Assembly (NCBI GenBank): GCA_963422375.2
Contig: OY729428.2
Span: 1,184,001-1,248,000 of the forward strand
Direction: 5' to 3'
Source of the DNA: Bryobacterales bacterium
Lineage (GTDB): Bacteria; Acidobacteriota; Terriglobia; Bryobacterales; UBA6623
DNA: 64,000 nucleotides
Positions 38,641 through 48,886 of the stretch are shown here, one piece after another. The translations under genes were made by a program, and so were the position numbers. Numbering within the stretch: the first letter of the stretch is position 1; every line of letters starts with the position of its first letter. The notes under the pieces are model-generated. The model did no database searches and was not told the DNA's origin. It was given only the letters and a program-made list of their open reading frames with translations.

Positions 38641-41600
38641 CTAGAATTCGTACCGCAAGCTCAACTGCGTCGCCCGGCCGGGCAGCGTGCTCGTGATCCG
38701 ACCGAACTGGCTGCTCCGCGTGTTCCGCTGGATGCCTCCGAAGTTCGTGTGGTTGGTGGCATTGAAGAAATCCACGCGGAATTCCATCCGGTGCTTCTCG
38801 TTGAGAAAAAGGCTCTTCTGGATTGTCGCGTCCATTCCCGAGAAGCCCGGTCCGTAGATCGCGTTCCGCCCGAGCGTGCCCTGCCGCAAGGACTGCCTGC
38901 TGACATCGTGCCTCGGCACTTGCTCGAACGCCGCGGTGTCTAGGTACTGGTACCTGCCATTCTCCAGGCTCGTTCCGAAGCTGCCCCTGACGGCCGCCGC
39001 GTGGCTCCCGGCTAGGATGTCGGGACGCTGGGCGGGCCCGCTGCTGCCTTGGAAGATGTCGATAGGGTTGCCTGTTCGCAGGGTCAGAATCCCGCCCACC
39101 TGCCAACCTCCCAGAATGGCTCTCCCAGTGCCTCCCAGCCGACCGGGAACCGGAATCTCGTATACGAAGTCGAGCGTGTACCGGTGGCGGATGTGGTATC
39201 GAGTCGCAGCTCGATTATTGGCTAGGTCGTCGAGGCTCCAAGGTTCGATCAAGCAGCAGCTAAGGTCGCCGCTCGAATAGGACATGTTGCTGGCCCATGT
39301 GTAGTTCAAGTTGAACATGAGATTGTCCGAGAACCTCTTCTTCAGCGATGTCTGCAAGCTGTGATAGGTCATCGAGTCGTTGCTCTGATAGAAGCGGAAG
39401 CGGGCCGTGAAGTCTTCGCGAGGCAGCAGACCGGTCACCCTGTCCGGACGGTTGACACGCGGGCTGGTCGTGACCTTGACACCGTGGTTCCCGACGTACG
39501 CGACGTCGAACACCGTGGTGCCGGTTAGCTGGCGCTGCACGCCTAGCGTGTACTGAATGCTGTACGCGTTCCGCCAGTTCGGGTCCACCACGGTTCCTCC
39601 GGAGATTCCGGAAGCTTGCGCGTGCGACTTCGCGCGGTCCGTGCTGAAGGGATAGCTCACGCCGAACTGCGCGATCTGCGCCTGGCTGAAGCCGACCTCC
39701 GCGGGCGAATCCGCTGCGTTGCGCACGATTTCGACCGGGCCGGAGAAAAAGTTGTGCGGCATGACGAATACGCCGGTGCCGCCGCGGACCACGGTCCTGC
39801 CGGAATCACCTAGCTTGTACGCGAAGCCTAGCCGCGGCGAAAACGACGTATACTGCGGATTCCAAGCCTGATCGGGCGGCAAGGTTTCCCCGAAAGGAGT
39901 GATCCGGTTGAAGAATCGGTTGTCGCGCTCACTCGGTACCGCATCGTAGTCCCAGCGGATCCCGACGTTCACCGTGAGGTCCGAAGTGACGCGAATGTCG
40001 TCCTGCAAGAAGAACCCGGTCTGCCAGCGCTTGATCTCGAACGGGTCCAGCCCGAAGTTGAATCTAGCACTGCGCGGCTCGTTAGCGAACAGCTCGCCGA
40101 CTGTCGAGAACTCGAAGTTCGGAGTGTCCTCGATCGCCCGTCGAACGAAGACCAGCTGGAGCAGGCCGCCGAACTTGAGCGCGTGCCTGCCGCGGTTCCA
40201 AGCGAAGTTCTGCTCCCAAGTCGAGGTCGAACCCTTCTTGGCGAAGCGCCTGCCCTGCGAAGGCGAAGGCAATCCCGCGCCGTTGATCTGCGGTATTCCA
40301 GCCAGCAGCATCTGATCCACTCGATCCAAGTCGGCTCGGTTGTATCCGAACCGAGTCTCGGACGTAAGGCTCGGACTCCAGACCCGGTTATAGGTCGAGG
40401 AGACGTTCTCGGTGAGACCGTCGTGCACGCGCGAGTTTCCGACCGCGACCCTGGGGCTCCTCTGGAACGGACGTCCCCGGGTGTATCGCACCGTTAGCAG
40501 GTCGTTGTCGCTGACGGAGTAGTCGCCTCGAACGGACGCCGTGTTGTCCTCGCGCTGGCGAGCGTCCGTCCCGACGAACCCCGAGTCCACGGCTTCCGGC
40601 GAGGCAGGCGGCTCCGTAGGAGCCGGCCACAAGTCCCAATAGGCCTTCGACTCGGGAATCGCGGCGATAGTGCGCTCGCGAACCCAAGTCGACGGTACCG
40701 AGCCGGACAGAGTCTGCTGGGCGTTGTAGCGATAGCCTTCGAACGTTCCGAAGAAGAAAAGCTTGTTGCGCGCTATCGGCCCGCCGATCGACCCGCCGTA
40801 CTGGTGGAAGACCAGGGATGTCTTGCGCGCCAGGATGTGGTTGTTGGCGTTGAGGCCGCCGGCCTGGTACTGCTCGAACGCGCTGCCGTGAAAGTCGTTG
40901 GTTCCGCCCTTCGTGATGATGTTCACGTTCCCGGCCAAGGTGTTGGCGATCTCCGCGGAGAAGATGTTCTTCGAGACCTCGACGCCTTGGACCGCCTCCA
41001 CGCTGACTCCCTTGATGAAGTTGTAGTTCTGGTAGGCGGCGAGCGACGCGAATTCCGAGTCGGGCACCGCGTTGACGCCGTCCACCGCGAAGGTGAAGCC
41101 GCGGGGCGGCAATCCGTTCAACGAGATGGTCAGCCCGTTGCTGGACGCTCCCGTGCCGAGGTCGATGATCGACGTAATGTCGCGGTTCCTCAAGGGTAGG
41201 AAGTCCACCTGCTCGCTGTTGAGGCTGATGTCCTGCTCGGCGCTGGTGGTGTTCAGCAGGGGAGCGTCCGCGGTCACTTCGACCATTTCCGACGTCGCTC
41301 CGATTTCCAGCACGAAGCCGAGATCGGCCTTCTGTCCCGAGGACAGGTTCACGCCCGACTGAACGTGGGTGTTGAAGCCCCCAGCCTCGACGGTGATCGT
41401 GTACGGCCCCACCGGGACGTACGGAACAGTGAACTCGCCGCGCTCGTTCGATTCCGCGGACTTCGCCACGCCGGTGGCTTCGTTCACCGCGCTGACTGCA
41501 GCTCCGGGAATAACCGCACCCGACGGATCGAGAACCCGACCGTAAATTGTCGCGGTCGTCACTTGCGCGAAGCCCGGCGCCGCCAGCAGGGTCGCTAGCG

Positions 41601-41670
41601 CTGCGACCATAAGCGACACGGCCATGCTTTGGGGCATGGCCGTCGATCCGCGTAAAACAGACTCTTGCAT
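38641..41670 (-). CDS. TonB-dependent receptor with carboxypeptidase-regulatory-like domain
   Basis: GRVLDPSGAVIPGA, TKGGTNDFHGS, GGPIARNKLFFF, QDDIRV...VGIRWD, FSPRLGFAY, C-terminal QLSLRYEF; GGAGG SD before ATG 41670. Confidence 0.92.
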   Translation of the reverse strand: MQESVLRGSTAMPQSMAVSLMVAALATLLAAPGFAQVTTATIYGRVLDPSGAVIPGAAVSAVNEATGVAKSAESNERGEFTVPYVPVGPYTITVEAGGFNTHVQSGVNLSSGQKADLGFVLEIGATSEMVEVTADAPLLNTTSAEQDISLNSEQVDFLPLRNRDITSIIDLGTGASSNGLTISLNGLPPRGFTFAVDGVNAVPDSEFASLAAYQNYNFIKGVSVEAVQGVEVSKNIFSAEIANTLAGNVNIITKGGTNDFHGSAFEQYQAGGLNANNHILARKTSLVFHQYGGSIGGPIARNKLFFFGTFEGYRYNAQQTLSGSVPSTWVRERTIAAIPESKAYWDLWPAPTEPPASPEAVDSGFVGTDARQREDNTASVRGDYSVSDNDLLTVRYTRGRPFQRSPRVAVGNSRVHDGLTENVSSTYNRVWSPSLTSETRFGYNRADLDRVDQMLLAGIPQINGAGLPSPSQGRRFAKKGSTSTWEQNFAWNRGRHALKFGGLLQLVFVRRAIEDTPNFEFSTVGELFANEPRSARFNFGLDPFEIKRWQTGFFLQDDIRVTSDLTVNVGIRWDYDAVPSERDNRFFNRITPFGETLPPDQAWNPQYTSFSPRLGFAYKLGDSGRTVVRGGTGVFVMPHNFFSGPVEIVRNAADSPAEVGFSQAQIAQFGVSYPFSTDRAKSHAQASGISGGTVVDPNWRNAYSIQYTLGVQRQLTGTTVFDVAYVGNHGVKVTTSPRVNRPDRVTGLLPREDFTARFRFYQSNDSMTYHSLQTSLKKRFSDNLMFNLNYTWASNMSYSSGDLSCCLIEPWSLDDLANNRAATRYHIRHRYTLDFVYEIPVPGRLGGTGRAILGGWQVGGILTLRTGNPIDIFQGSSGPAQRPDILAGSHAAAVRGSFGTSLENGRYQYLDTAAFEQVPRHDVSRQSLRQGTLGRNAIYGPGFSGMDATIQKSLFLNEKHRMEFRVDFFNATNHTNFGGIQRNTRSSQFGRITSTLPGRATQLSLRYEF

Positions 41671-42121
41671 CTCATCCTCCTCGATGCGCGATCCAACGCC
41701 ACTTCCGACGGTGGCAATCACGACGCATACCCGGAGCGGCAGGCACCTAGCGCGATCCTTCCCAACAGCGGACGAAGCAGACTCGCAGTACACTGCACTA
41801 GAGTCCGTGCAGGATGTCAAGCGCTTTCTTGGGACTTCGGGCCCTACCCAGCCACGGCGGCCTCCGACGATCACCTTGCTAGCGCGTGATCCGGGGCCTT
41901 TCGGCGTCGATCAAGCCCTGCAGGACATCCCCGAGGCGCTCCTTCTTTCGCCTCGCAGTTGAATTCAGCGCAGCGAGCTGTTGCGCGCTCGAGGGCGGGC
42001 CGTCCAGCACGACACATCCCTTCTTGCCGGGCAAGTCTCTAGGAACGCCGCCGACGCGCTCGACCCCAGGCAGGGCAGGCCTCGGTCGGTCGGCCTGTCC
42101 CAGACGTAGGACAATGGGGGC

Positions 42122-43003
42122 ATGCCAGCCGAGAGCGGGTCGGGCGACGTCTTCGTATCCCGCAAGGCCACTCTTCTGATTACCGCGGTAGCTGTCGCCA
42201 GCGTGGTGATTCCATTCTGGTTCTGGATGGACACATGGTTCGGGAAGCCTCTGAGCGAAGCGCAGATCCAGGAATATTTGGCGGACAGCGAGCGACCGCG
42301 GCGCGCCCAGCACGCGATGGCTCAGATCTCCCAGCGGATCGCGGCGGGCGACAAATCGGTGAGAGTCTGGTACCCGCGGCTGGTGGAACTAGCCCGGCAC
42401 GAGCTTCCCGAACTGCGCCTGACAGTCGCGTGGCTGATGGGCGACGACCCGTCCAGCGACGAGTTTCACCAGGCTCTGACACTGCTTGTCGCCGACCCCG
42501 ACCCGATGGTCCGTCGCAACGCGGCCCTCGCCCTCGCTCGATTCGGCGACCCGGCCGGGCGCGACGAGATGCGCGCCATGCTGCAGCCGTACCGCCTTGC
42601 GACCCACCACCCGGGCACGGTCACGAACCGCCTGGAGCCGGGAGACAGCTTCGACGCGGGCGCACTCGTGGCGAGGGTCCAGCCCGAAGGCGACAGCGAG
42701 CCCCTCGACCTCAGGGCCCCCCTGCCGGGAATCGTGGATCGGCAGCTTCGGGCGGACGGAGACCGGGTCGAGCCCGGCGACGAGGTCACCGTGATCCGAC
42801 CCGAGTCGACCCACGTGCTGCAGGCCCTTGCCGGACTCTTCCTAGTCGGCACGACCGAGGACGTCGAGCTCGTCCAGCCCTATCGCAGGCCGCGGGAAGG
42901 GCTCAGCGCCGAGGTCCCCCGGCAGGCAGCGGCCACGCTCGAGCGAATCCGCGAGCGCGCTTCCGATCAGGCGGCGGGCCTCGCCCCGGACGGAGGCATC
43001 TGA
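42122..43003 (+). CDS. Membrane-anchored HEAT-repeat protein with an inserted biotinyl/lipoyl-like domain
   Basis: N-terminal TM helix; HEAT-like LVADPDPMVRRNAALALARFG; barrel-sandwich-like PGTV...EPGD and LRAPLPGIV...DGDRVEPGDEV. Confidence 0.7.
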   Translation: MPAESGSGDVFVSRKATLLITAVAVASVVIPFWFWMDTWFGKPLSEAQIQEYLADSERPRRAQHAMAQISQRIAAGDKSVRVWYPRLVELARHELPELRLTVAWLMGDDPSSDEFHQALTLLVADPDPMVRRNAALALARFGDPAGRDEMRAMLQPYRLATHHPGTVTNRLEPGDSFDAGALVARVQPEGDSEPLDLRAPLPGIVDRQLRADGDRVEPGDEVTVIRPESTHVLQALAGLFLVGTTEDVELVQPYRRPREGLSAEVPRQAAATLERIRERASDQAAGLAPDGGI

Positions 43004-43878
43004 TCGAACGTGACGATCTCGAAGCTGCTGGGATCCTGCGTGATGCGGTCCACAAGCGCGACATGCATGGCGTGCCCGGCCCGCTCCGCCACCACGCGGC
43101 CGATCAGAGAGTGACCCAGCAGGGCTAGGTCGCCGATCAGGTCCAGCAGCTTGTGCCGGCACGGCTCGTCCGCGAAGCGCAGGCCGCCCGCGTTGAGCAC
43201 GGCGTCGCTTCCGAAACAGACGGCGTTGTCGAGGCTCGCGCCGCGAATCAGCCCCATGTCGCGCATGGCCGCGAGCTGGTGCTCGAAGCCGAACGTGCGC
43301 GCCGGGGCGATCTCCTCGAGATAGGCCTGCGGCGTGACGGACAGCTCGACTCGCTGCGCTCCCACCAGCGGGTGCGGGTAGAGCGTCTCGCACGCCACCT
43401 CGAATGCGTCCGAGGGCTCGACCGACACGCGCTTGCCGTTGTCGGCCACCTCGATCCGGTTCCGCATTCGCATGTACCGCCGCCGCCGCCGCAGGCGGCG
43501 AATCCCGGCGCGGCCCAACAGGTCGGCGAAAGGGCGCGCGCTGCCGTCCAAGATGGGAACTTCCAAGTTGTCGATCTCCACGCGCACGTTGTCGATCCCC
43601 AGCGCGCGCAGGACGCTCAGCAGGTGCTCCGTGGTGGACAGCAGCACGCCGCGATGCATCAGGCTCGTCGCGTACGACACCTTGGTGACGTGCCGCCAGC
43701 TGGCCGGGATCTCGAACCCGTCGAGGTCGGTGCGCGCGAACACGACGCCCCGGCCGGCCGCCGAAGGAGTCATCCGCATCGTGACCGGCACGCCGCTGTG
43801 AAGGCCCACACCGCTGACGGACACGGGGCGCCGGATCGTGTGCTCGTAGAGGAACGCTCTCGGGTCGGGTAGCGGCAT
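42967..43878 (-). CDS. lpxC: UDP-3-O-acyl-N-acetylglucosamine deacetylase
   Basis: GVGLHSG, TEHLLS, EVPILDGSA, IAPARTFGF, LRFADEPCRHKLLDLIGDL, GHAMH. Confidence 0.96.
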   Translation of the reverse strand: MPLPDPRAFLYEHTIRRPVSVSGVGLHSGVPVTMRMTPSAAGRGVVFARTDLDGFEIPASWRHVTKVSYATSLMHRGVLLSTTEHLLSVLRALGIDNVRVEIDNLEVPILDGSARPFADLLGRAGIRRLRRRRRYMRMRNRIEVADNGKRVSVEPSDAFEVACETLYPHPLVGAQRVELSVTPQAYLEEIAPARTFGFEHQLAAMRDMGLIRGASLDNAVCFGSDAVLNAGGLRFADEPCRHKLLDLIGDLALLGHSLIGRVVAERAGHAMHVALVDRITQDPSSFEIVTFDQMPPSGARPAA

Positions 43879-43992
43879 GCGCCGGATCGCTCCCACCATC
43901 ATTGTCGTAGCAGGATGGCGGGAGCTTTGCAACTATTTGCAATATAAGGGATTCGACTGCGGCAGGCGTGTCGAACGCGCAACGCCGCGGAG

Positions 43993-45165
43993 CTAGAGGA
44001 CTCCGTACAGGCGGCCCCTATTCAGCAGCAGCAGAGGATCGAAGTCGGCCTTGATCCGCTGCATGACCGCGAGCTCGTTCCCGGACACCTCCCACTGCGC
44101 GAGGCCGCGCTTCGCGTCGGCGGAGCCGCCCTCCAAGGTGGCGTGGCAGCCGATTCCGCGCAGCCCCTCGAGCGCGCGCCGGGCGCTCTCGCGATCCGGG
44201 GCCAGGCAGTAGCCCGCGGCGTTGCCCGCCCTGAGCACCGCCGCGCACCCGGCTCCCCGGGCCTCCTGCAGCAGCCCGCCGAGTCCCGAATGCACGGTCG
44301 AAACCCGGACGACGGCCCCGTCGGGCCGGGTCTCGAGCCACCTCGCGCCGTACTCGCGAACCTTGGCCCAAGTCCCTTCCGGAAGGGGCTCGACCTCGAC
44401 GCCGGCCGCCACGGCCAGGGATTGGTAGGCGTCCTCGAACCGCCTGATGGCCGCCGGGCTCCCGGACGCCTCGACCAGCAGGGAATGCCGCGGGCCCAGT
44501 CCCATGTCCGCAGCCGCCCTCGAGTCCGCCCAATCGACGGCGGCAGGCTGGAGCGCGCTGCGCAGGATGTCCCGGCGCACGCCGAGGAGGGTGTCCGGCG
44601 ACTCCGACCGGAACAGGAACGACGCGGAGGCCTCCGGGATCGGGAATACCTTGAAGTTGGCCGAAGCCATCACCGCCAGCGTGCCGAATGACCCGATCAT
44701 CAGCTTGGCCATGTCGAGACCGGTGACGTTCTTGACGACCATCCCGCCGGAACTGACCAGCTTGCCGTCCAGTGTCGCGAAGCGCATGCCGATCACCACG
44801 TCGCGCGCGGTGCCGTAGCGCCTGCGGAGCGGGCCGCTCGAGTTCGAGGCCAGAACGCCTCCGACGGTGGCGTCGGCTCCGAAGGGCGGGTCCAAGGGCA
44901 GGAACTGGTTGTGGCGCGCGAGGATCCGGCCCAGCTCGGCAAACCGCATGCCCGCCTCGACGCTCACGGTCAGATCCGCGGGCTCGTACGCCAGCAGCCG
45001 CGACAGGTTGCGCGTCTCGAGCCGGCATCTCGCCTGGGCAACGGGGCCGCCGAAGAGGCGCTTGGAGAAGGATCCGCCGGTCTCGACACTGGCCTGCTCG
45101 CGGCTGCAGGCCCGTAGCGCTTCGCGCAGTTCCTCGGCGGTCGACGGCGCTAGCAACTCAGGCAT
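43993..45165 (-). CDS. FAD-binding oxidoreductase, glycolate oxidase GlcE-like
   Basis: YEPADLTVSVEAG, ATVGGVLASNSSGP, GGMVVKNVTGLDMAKLMIGSFGTL, IKADFDP..LLNRGR. Confidence 0.88.
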   Translation of the reverse strand: MPELLAPSTAEELREALRACSREQASVETGGSFSKRLFGGPVAQARCRLETRNLSRLLAYEPADLTVSVEAGMRFAELGRILARHNQFLPLDPPFGADATVGGVLASNSSGPLRRRYGTARDVVIGMRFATLDGKLVSSGGMVVKNVTGLDMAKLMIGSFGTLAVMASANFKVFPIPEASASFLFRSESPDTLLGVRRDILRSALQPAAVDWADSRAAADMGLGPRHSLLVEASGSPAAIRRFEDAYQSLAVAAGVEVEPLPEGTWAKVREYGARWLETRPDGAVVRVSTVHSGLGGLLQEARGAGCAAVLRAGNAAGYCLAPDRESARRALEGLRGIGCHATLEGGSADAKRGLAQWEVSGNELAVMQRIKADFDPLLLLNRGRLYGVL

Positions 45166-45248
45166 GGGCTTCGCGATGCGGGTTCCGCGCGGCCGGGAGA
45201 CGGCCCGGGCGCCGCGCGGCACGCAGGAGGGCTCGGGAGAATCCCCGC

Positions 45249-46316
45249 TCACTGCACCCGCTCGAAGACCGCGAAGTCGCCGGGGTTCCAGGCCTGGGCG
45301 ATCACGTACAGCTTGCCGTTGGCCCGGTGCAGGACTGCGTTGTGAACGTGCTGGAAGTTCTCGAGACCGAGTTCCGCCTTCGGCAGGATCGTCGAGACCA
45401 GCCTGTCGTCCTCGAGGATGTAGATCGGCGCGCCCTTGGCCCTGTCGGGACCGTGCAGGGCTCCGACAACTCCCAAGTTGTCGAGATAGTCCACGTCGCA
45501 CGGGAACGAGCCGAGCGGGAGCTTCAGGGTCGAGATGTACTGGCCGTGCCGCGTGAATCGGTCGATCTCGGCGTTCGGCCTGTCCGCCACGTCGATGCGG
45601 CCGGTGCCGGCGGGGACGGTGATGCCGTGGCCCGTGCCGAACTGCCCCGCGCCGGGGCCCTTCCCTCCGAACGACAGGTCGTACCACGACATCTCGAATG
45701 GGTTCGCGCTGTCGACCCTAGCCGTCAGGACGTAGTCGAGAGACGAATAGCCCGTGGCGACGTACAGGAGCCCGCGGTGGTAGTCGACATCCGTCGGCAC
45801 GAAGTTGCCTCGGCCGAAGAAATACTCCGTTGCGGTGGGGGACCCCAGATCCCTTGTTCCGTCGGGCGCGCCGAGCGCGTGCTCGAGCTTGCCGGCGAGG
45901 TCCGTCGTGTATACCGACGCCGAGCCGTTACCCGGAAATGACAGGTGGGCGCCGCCGCTCGAGTCGTACCAGACCGTGGCGTTGTGCATGTTATGCGGCT
46001 TCATCGACTCGTCCGTGGAGAGCATGCGGGTCTTCGCCAAGTCGGAGGTGACCTGGATGATGCCCGCGCCCGGGAGAGCGAAATAGACTTCTCCCTTGCC
46101 GTCGCGTCGGTCCACGGCGAAGCCGCCGTGCGCATTCTCCAGCACGGCCTGGGCCTCGCTCGGCAGGTGGCTGCCCTTGTAGACGACCCGGAACTTATAG
46201 TCGCCCTGGCCGCTGACGAGGTGGTTGTCCGCCGCGGTCGGAGCGGGTGCGAACCCGGCGGTCCACGCTACGGCAAGCAGGACCGCGAATAGGGCTGTGA
46301 TGATGGTTCGTTGCAT
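45249..46316 (-). CDS. Secreted NHL/beta-propeller protein (PAL-like)
   Basis: Signal peptide; AHGGFAVD, HNMHN, QFGTGHGIT, VADRPNAEI, FPCDVD, HVHN. Confidence 0.65.
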   Translation of the reverse strand: MQRTIITALFAVLLAVAWTAGFAPAPTAADNHLVSGQGDYKFRVVYKGSHLPSEAQAVLENAHGGFAVDRRDGKGEVYFALPGAGIIQVTSDLAKTRMLSTDESMKPHNMHNATVWYDSSGGAHLSFPGNGSASVYTTDLAGKLEHALGAPDGTRDLGSPTATEYFFGRGNFVPTDVDYHRGLLYVATGYSSLDYVLTARVDSANPFEMSWYDLSFGGKGPGAGQFGTGHGITVPAGTGRIDVADRPNAEIDRFTRHGQYISTLKLPLGSFPCDVDYLDNLGVVGALHGPDRAKGAPIYILEDDRLVSTILPKAELGLENFQHVHNAVLHRANGKLYVIAQAWNPGDFAVFERVQ

Positions 46317-46735
46317 GTTGCCGGGCCTCGCCAAATACTGTACACAACCTCCGCACCTCGGGAAAGAAGCCGGCTCGCGCGTCCCGGCGAGCGCCCCTGC
46401 AACGGCGTCCCGGGTCTAGCGCCGCTTGGAACACTCCGGGGTAGGATTCGAGAGGGGGCGAGTCGAGACTGTGGGGATCTAGTGCAAGGAAGCGGTCGAA
46501 TAGGGGGCCGCTAGGCGAGCAAGGCGACCTTCGCGAGGCAGACGGCTGCACCCTTGCACCGAGCACCAAGTCCAAGTCCTCGCTCCGCACAGCCAAGCAG
46601 CATCCGGTATTCCGTCGCGCCTCCGGACCGCGCGAGGCGAGGCAGCAGGTGCTAGGATCAACCTAGGCCGGTTTCGACCTGCCCGGACTGCGGGCGAAGC
46701 CGCCTAGAGCCCGAGCGGCCCCGAGGAATCGAGCG

Positions 46736-48871
46736 ATGCCAGCGTCACTACCCGCGCCAGTCGACTCCAGCGCCGAATGGGCCTGCCTGCCCGAGGACCT
46801 CCGCCAGGAAATCGACGTCTACGAGACCGAGCTGCGGAGGGTCCAAGCAGGACTCGTGGACGAGAAGCTGTTCACCGAGTTCCGCTTGCGCCACGGCGTC
46901 TACGGACAGCGCCAAGACCGGGTGCAGATGCAGCGCATCAAGATCCCCATGGGCCGGCTGAGCGCGGACCAGCTGACCGTTCTGGCCGACATCGCGGAGG
47001 AGTACGCCGTCGGAGTGCTGCACGTGACGACGAGGCAGGACTTCCAGTGCCACTTCGTCGACATCAACGACACTCCCAACCTGATGCGACGGCTGGCGGC
47101 GGTCGGGATCACGACTCGCGAGGCTTGCGGGAACGTGGTGCGCAACGTCACCTGCTGCCCCCATGCGGGCGTCTGCAGCGACGAGACGTTCGACGTCACG
47201 CCCCACGCCCACGCGATGGCGTACTTCATGCTGCGCCACTCGGACGCGCAGAACTTCGGGCGCAAGTTCAAGATTTCCTATTCGGGCTGCGAGGGCCACC
47301 CCTGCGGGCTGGGTCGCATGCACGACATCGGCGCCGTCGCCCGGATCCGGGACGGCGCGGAGGGGTTCCAGGTGCTTGTCGGCGGCGGCTTGGGGGCGCT
47401 CCCGCACCAAGCGAAGGTGTACAGCGAGTTCCTTCCCGCCGAAGAGATGCTCCCGCTCGCGCAGGCCATCTCGCGAGTGTTCGCTCGGTTCGGCGAGAAG
47501 AAGAACCGCGCGAAGGCCCGCCTGAAGTTCCTGATCGCCAAGCAGGGCATCGACGAGTTCCGGCGCCTCGTCGAACAGGAGCGCTCGCGGCTGCCGCGGG
47601 ATCCGCGCTGGGAAGGCGAGCTGCTCGATGCGGTGACCAGCCTGCGGGAGGGGCCCCTCAGGCCTCCGTCGGCGCTGGACTCGGCCGGCACCGCCGGCCC
47701 TGGCTTTTCCGAGTGGCTGGACATCAACGTGCGGCCACAGGCGCAGGACGGCTACTCGATGGTGGAGGTTTACCTGCCTCTAGGCGACATCACCTCCGTC
47801 CAGGCGAGGCAGCTCGCCGAGGTCTCCCGGCGCTACGTCCAGGACACCCTGCGCACGAGCGTCAACCAGAACCTGCTCCTGCAGTGGGTGTCGAACGCCG
47901 ACCTGCCGTCCCTCCACGCGGACCTGCGGTCGATCGGCCTGGCCGAGACGGGAGCCGGGCGGCTCAAGGACGTGGTGGCGTGCCCCGGCACGGACTCCTG
48001 CAAGCTCGGAATCACCTCGTCCAGAGGGCTGGCCGCGCACCTTTCCAAGGAGTTCGCCAATGGCATGAGCGGCATCGCCCGGCGCTCGGACCTCAAGATC
48101 AAGATCAGCGGGTGCTTCAACTCGTGCGGCCAGCACCATATCGCGGACATCGGCTTCTTCGGCTCGGTGCAGCGCAAGAAGAACGACACCGCGCCCGTCT
48201 TCCAGGTCACGCTAGGCGGTTCCATGCGCAACAACGCCGAGTCCTACGGCTTGGCGATCGGCAAGATCCCTTCGCAGAACGTTGACAAGGCCATCGCGCG
48301 CGTCAGCGAGTTCTACAGCCGGGAGAAGCGCGGGGACGAGACCCTGAGCGACGTCGTGGCCCGCTTGGGCAAGACCCGTGTCAAGACCGAGCTCCAGGAA
48401 TTCATGGCGCTGCCGACCTACGACGAGGAGCCCGGCTACTACCGCGACATGCGGCAGCCCTGGCAGTACAAGCGCTCGATCGGCATCGGAGAATGCGCGG
48501 GAGAGGTGGTGGACCAGGCCGAGTTCCTGCTGGAAGACGCCGACCGCATCCACTTCGAGTCCACGCTCCACCTCGAACGGAGTCGCTACGGCGAGGCGTC
48601 GGCGAAGGCGTTCGAGGCCTGCAAGAAGGCGGCCGACGCGCTGCTGTTCACCAAGGGCCTGTGGCTGTCCGACCGGTACGACACCGTCGCGGAATTCCAG
48701 AAGCACTTCCACGCCGCGGGCGCGTTCTACCGGCCGTTCGCCGACAACTTCCTGCGCAGCGCCGCGGAAGGCCCCAGCAGCGACCCGGAGAGAGCCCGCC
48801 TGCGGGTCGAGGAGGCAACGCTGTTCATCGAGGCCGCCCAAGGAGTCTACTCGCAGGCGGCCGGGTTCTAG
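46736..48871 (+). CDS. Nitrite/sulfite reductase hemoprotein with C-terminal HEPN-like helical domain
   Basis: FRLRHGVYGQRQ, HVTTRQD, REACGNVVRNV, RKFKI, ACPGTDSCKLG and SGCFNSCGQH (siroheme/[4Fe-4S] Cys). Confidence 0.92.
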   Translation: MPASLPAPVDSSAEWACLPEDLRQEIDVYETELRRVQAGLVDEKLFTEFRLRHGVYGQRQDRVQMQRIKIPMGRLSADQLTVLADIAEEYAVGVLHVTTRQDFQCHFVDINDTPNLMRRLAAVGITTREACGNVVRNVTCCPHAGVCSDETFDVTPHAHAMAYFMLRHSDAQNFGRKFKISYSGCEGHPCGLGRMHDIGAVARIRDGAEGFQVLVGGGLGALPHQAKVYSEFLPAEEMLPLAQAISRVFARFGEKKNRAKARLKFLIAKQGIDEFRRLVEQERSRLPRDPRWEGELLDAVTSLREGPLRPPSALDSAGTAGPGFSEWLDINVRPQAQDGYSMVEVYLPLGDITSVQARQLAEVSRRYVQDTLRTSVNQNLLLQWVSNADLPSLHADLRSIGLAETGAGRLKDVVACPGTDSCKLGITSSRGLAAHLSKEFANGMSGIARRSDLKIKISGCFNSCGQHHIADIGFFGSVQRKKNDTAPVFQVTLGGSMRNNAESYGLAIGKIPSQNVDKAIARVSEFYSREKRGDETLSDVVARLGKTRVKTELQEFMALPTYDEEPGYYRDMRQPWQYKRSIGIGECAGEVVDQAEFLLEDADRIHFESTLHLERSRYGEASAKAFEACKKAADALLFTKGLWLSDRYDTVAEFQKHFHAAGAFYRPFADNFLRSAAEGPSSDPERARLRVEEATLFIEAAQGVYSQAAGF

Positions 48872-48886
48872 GTCCGGATTCCCCGA

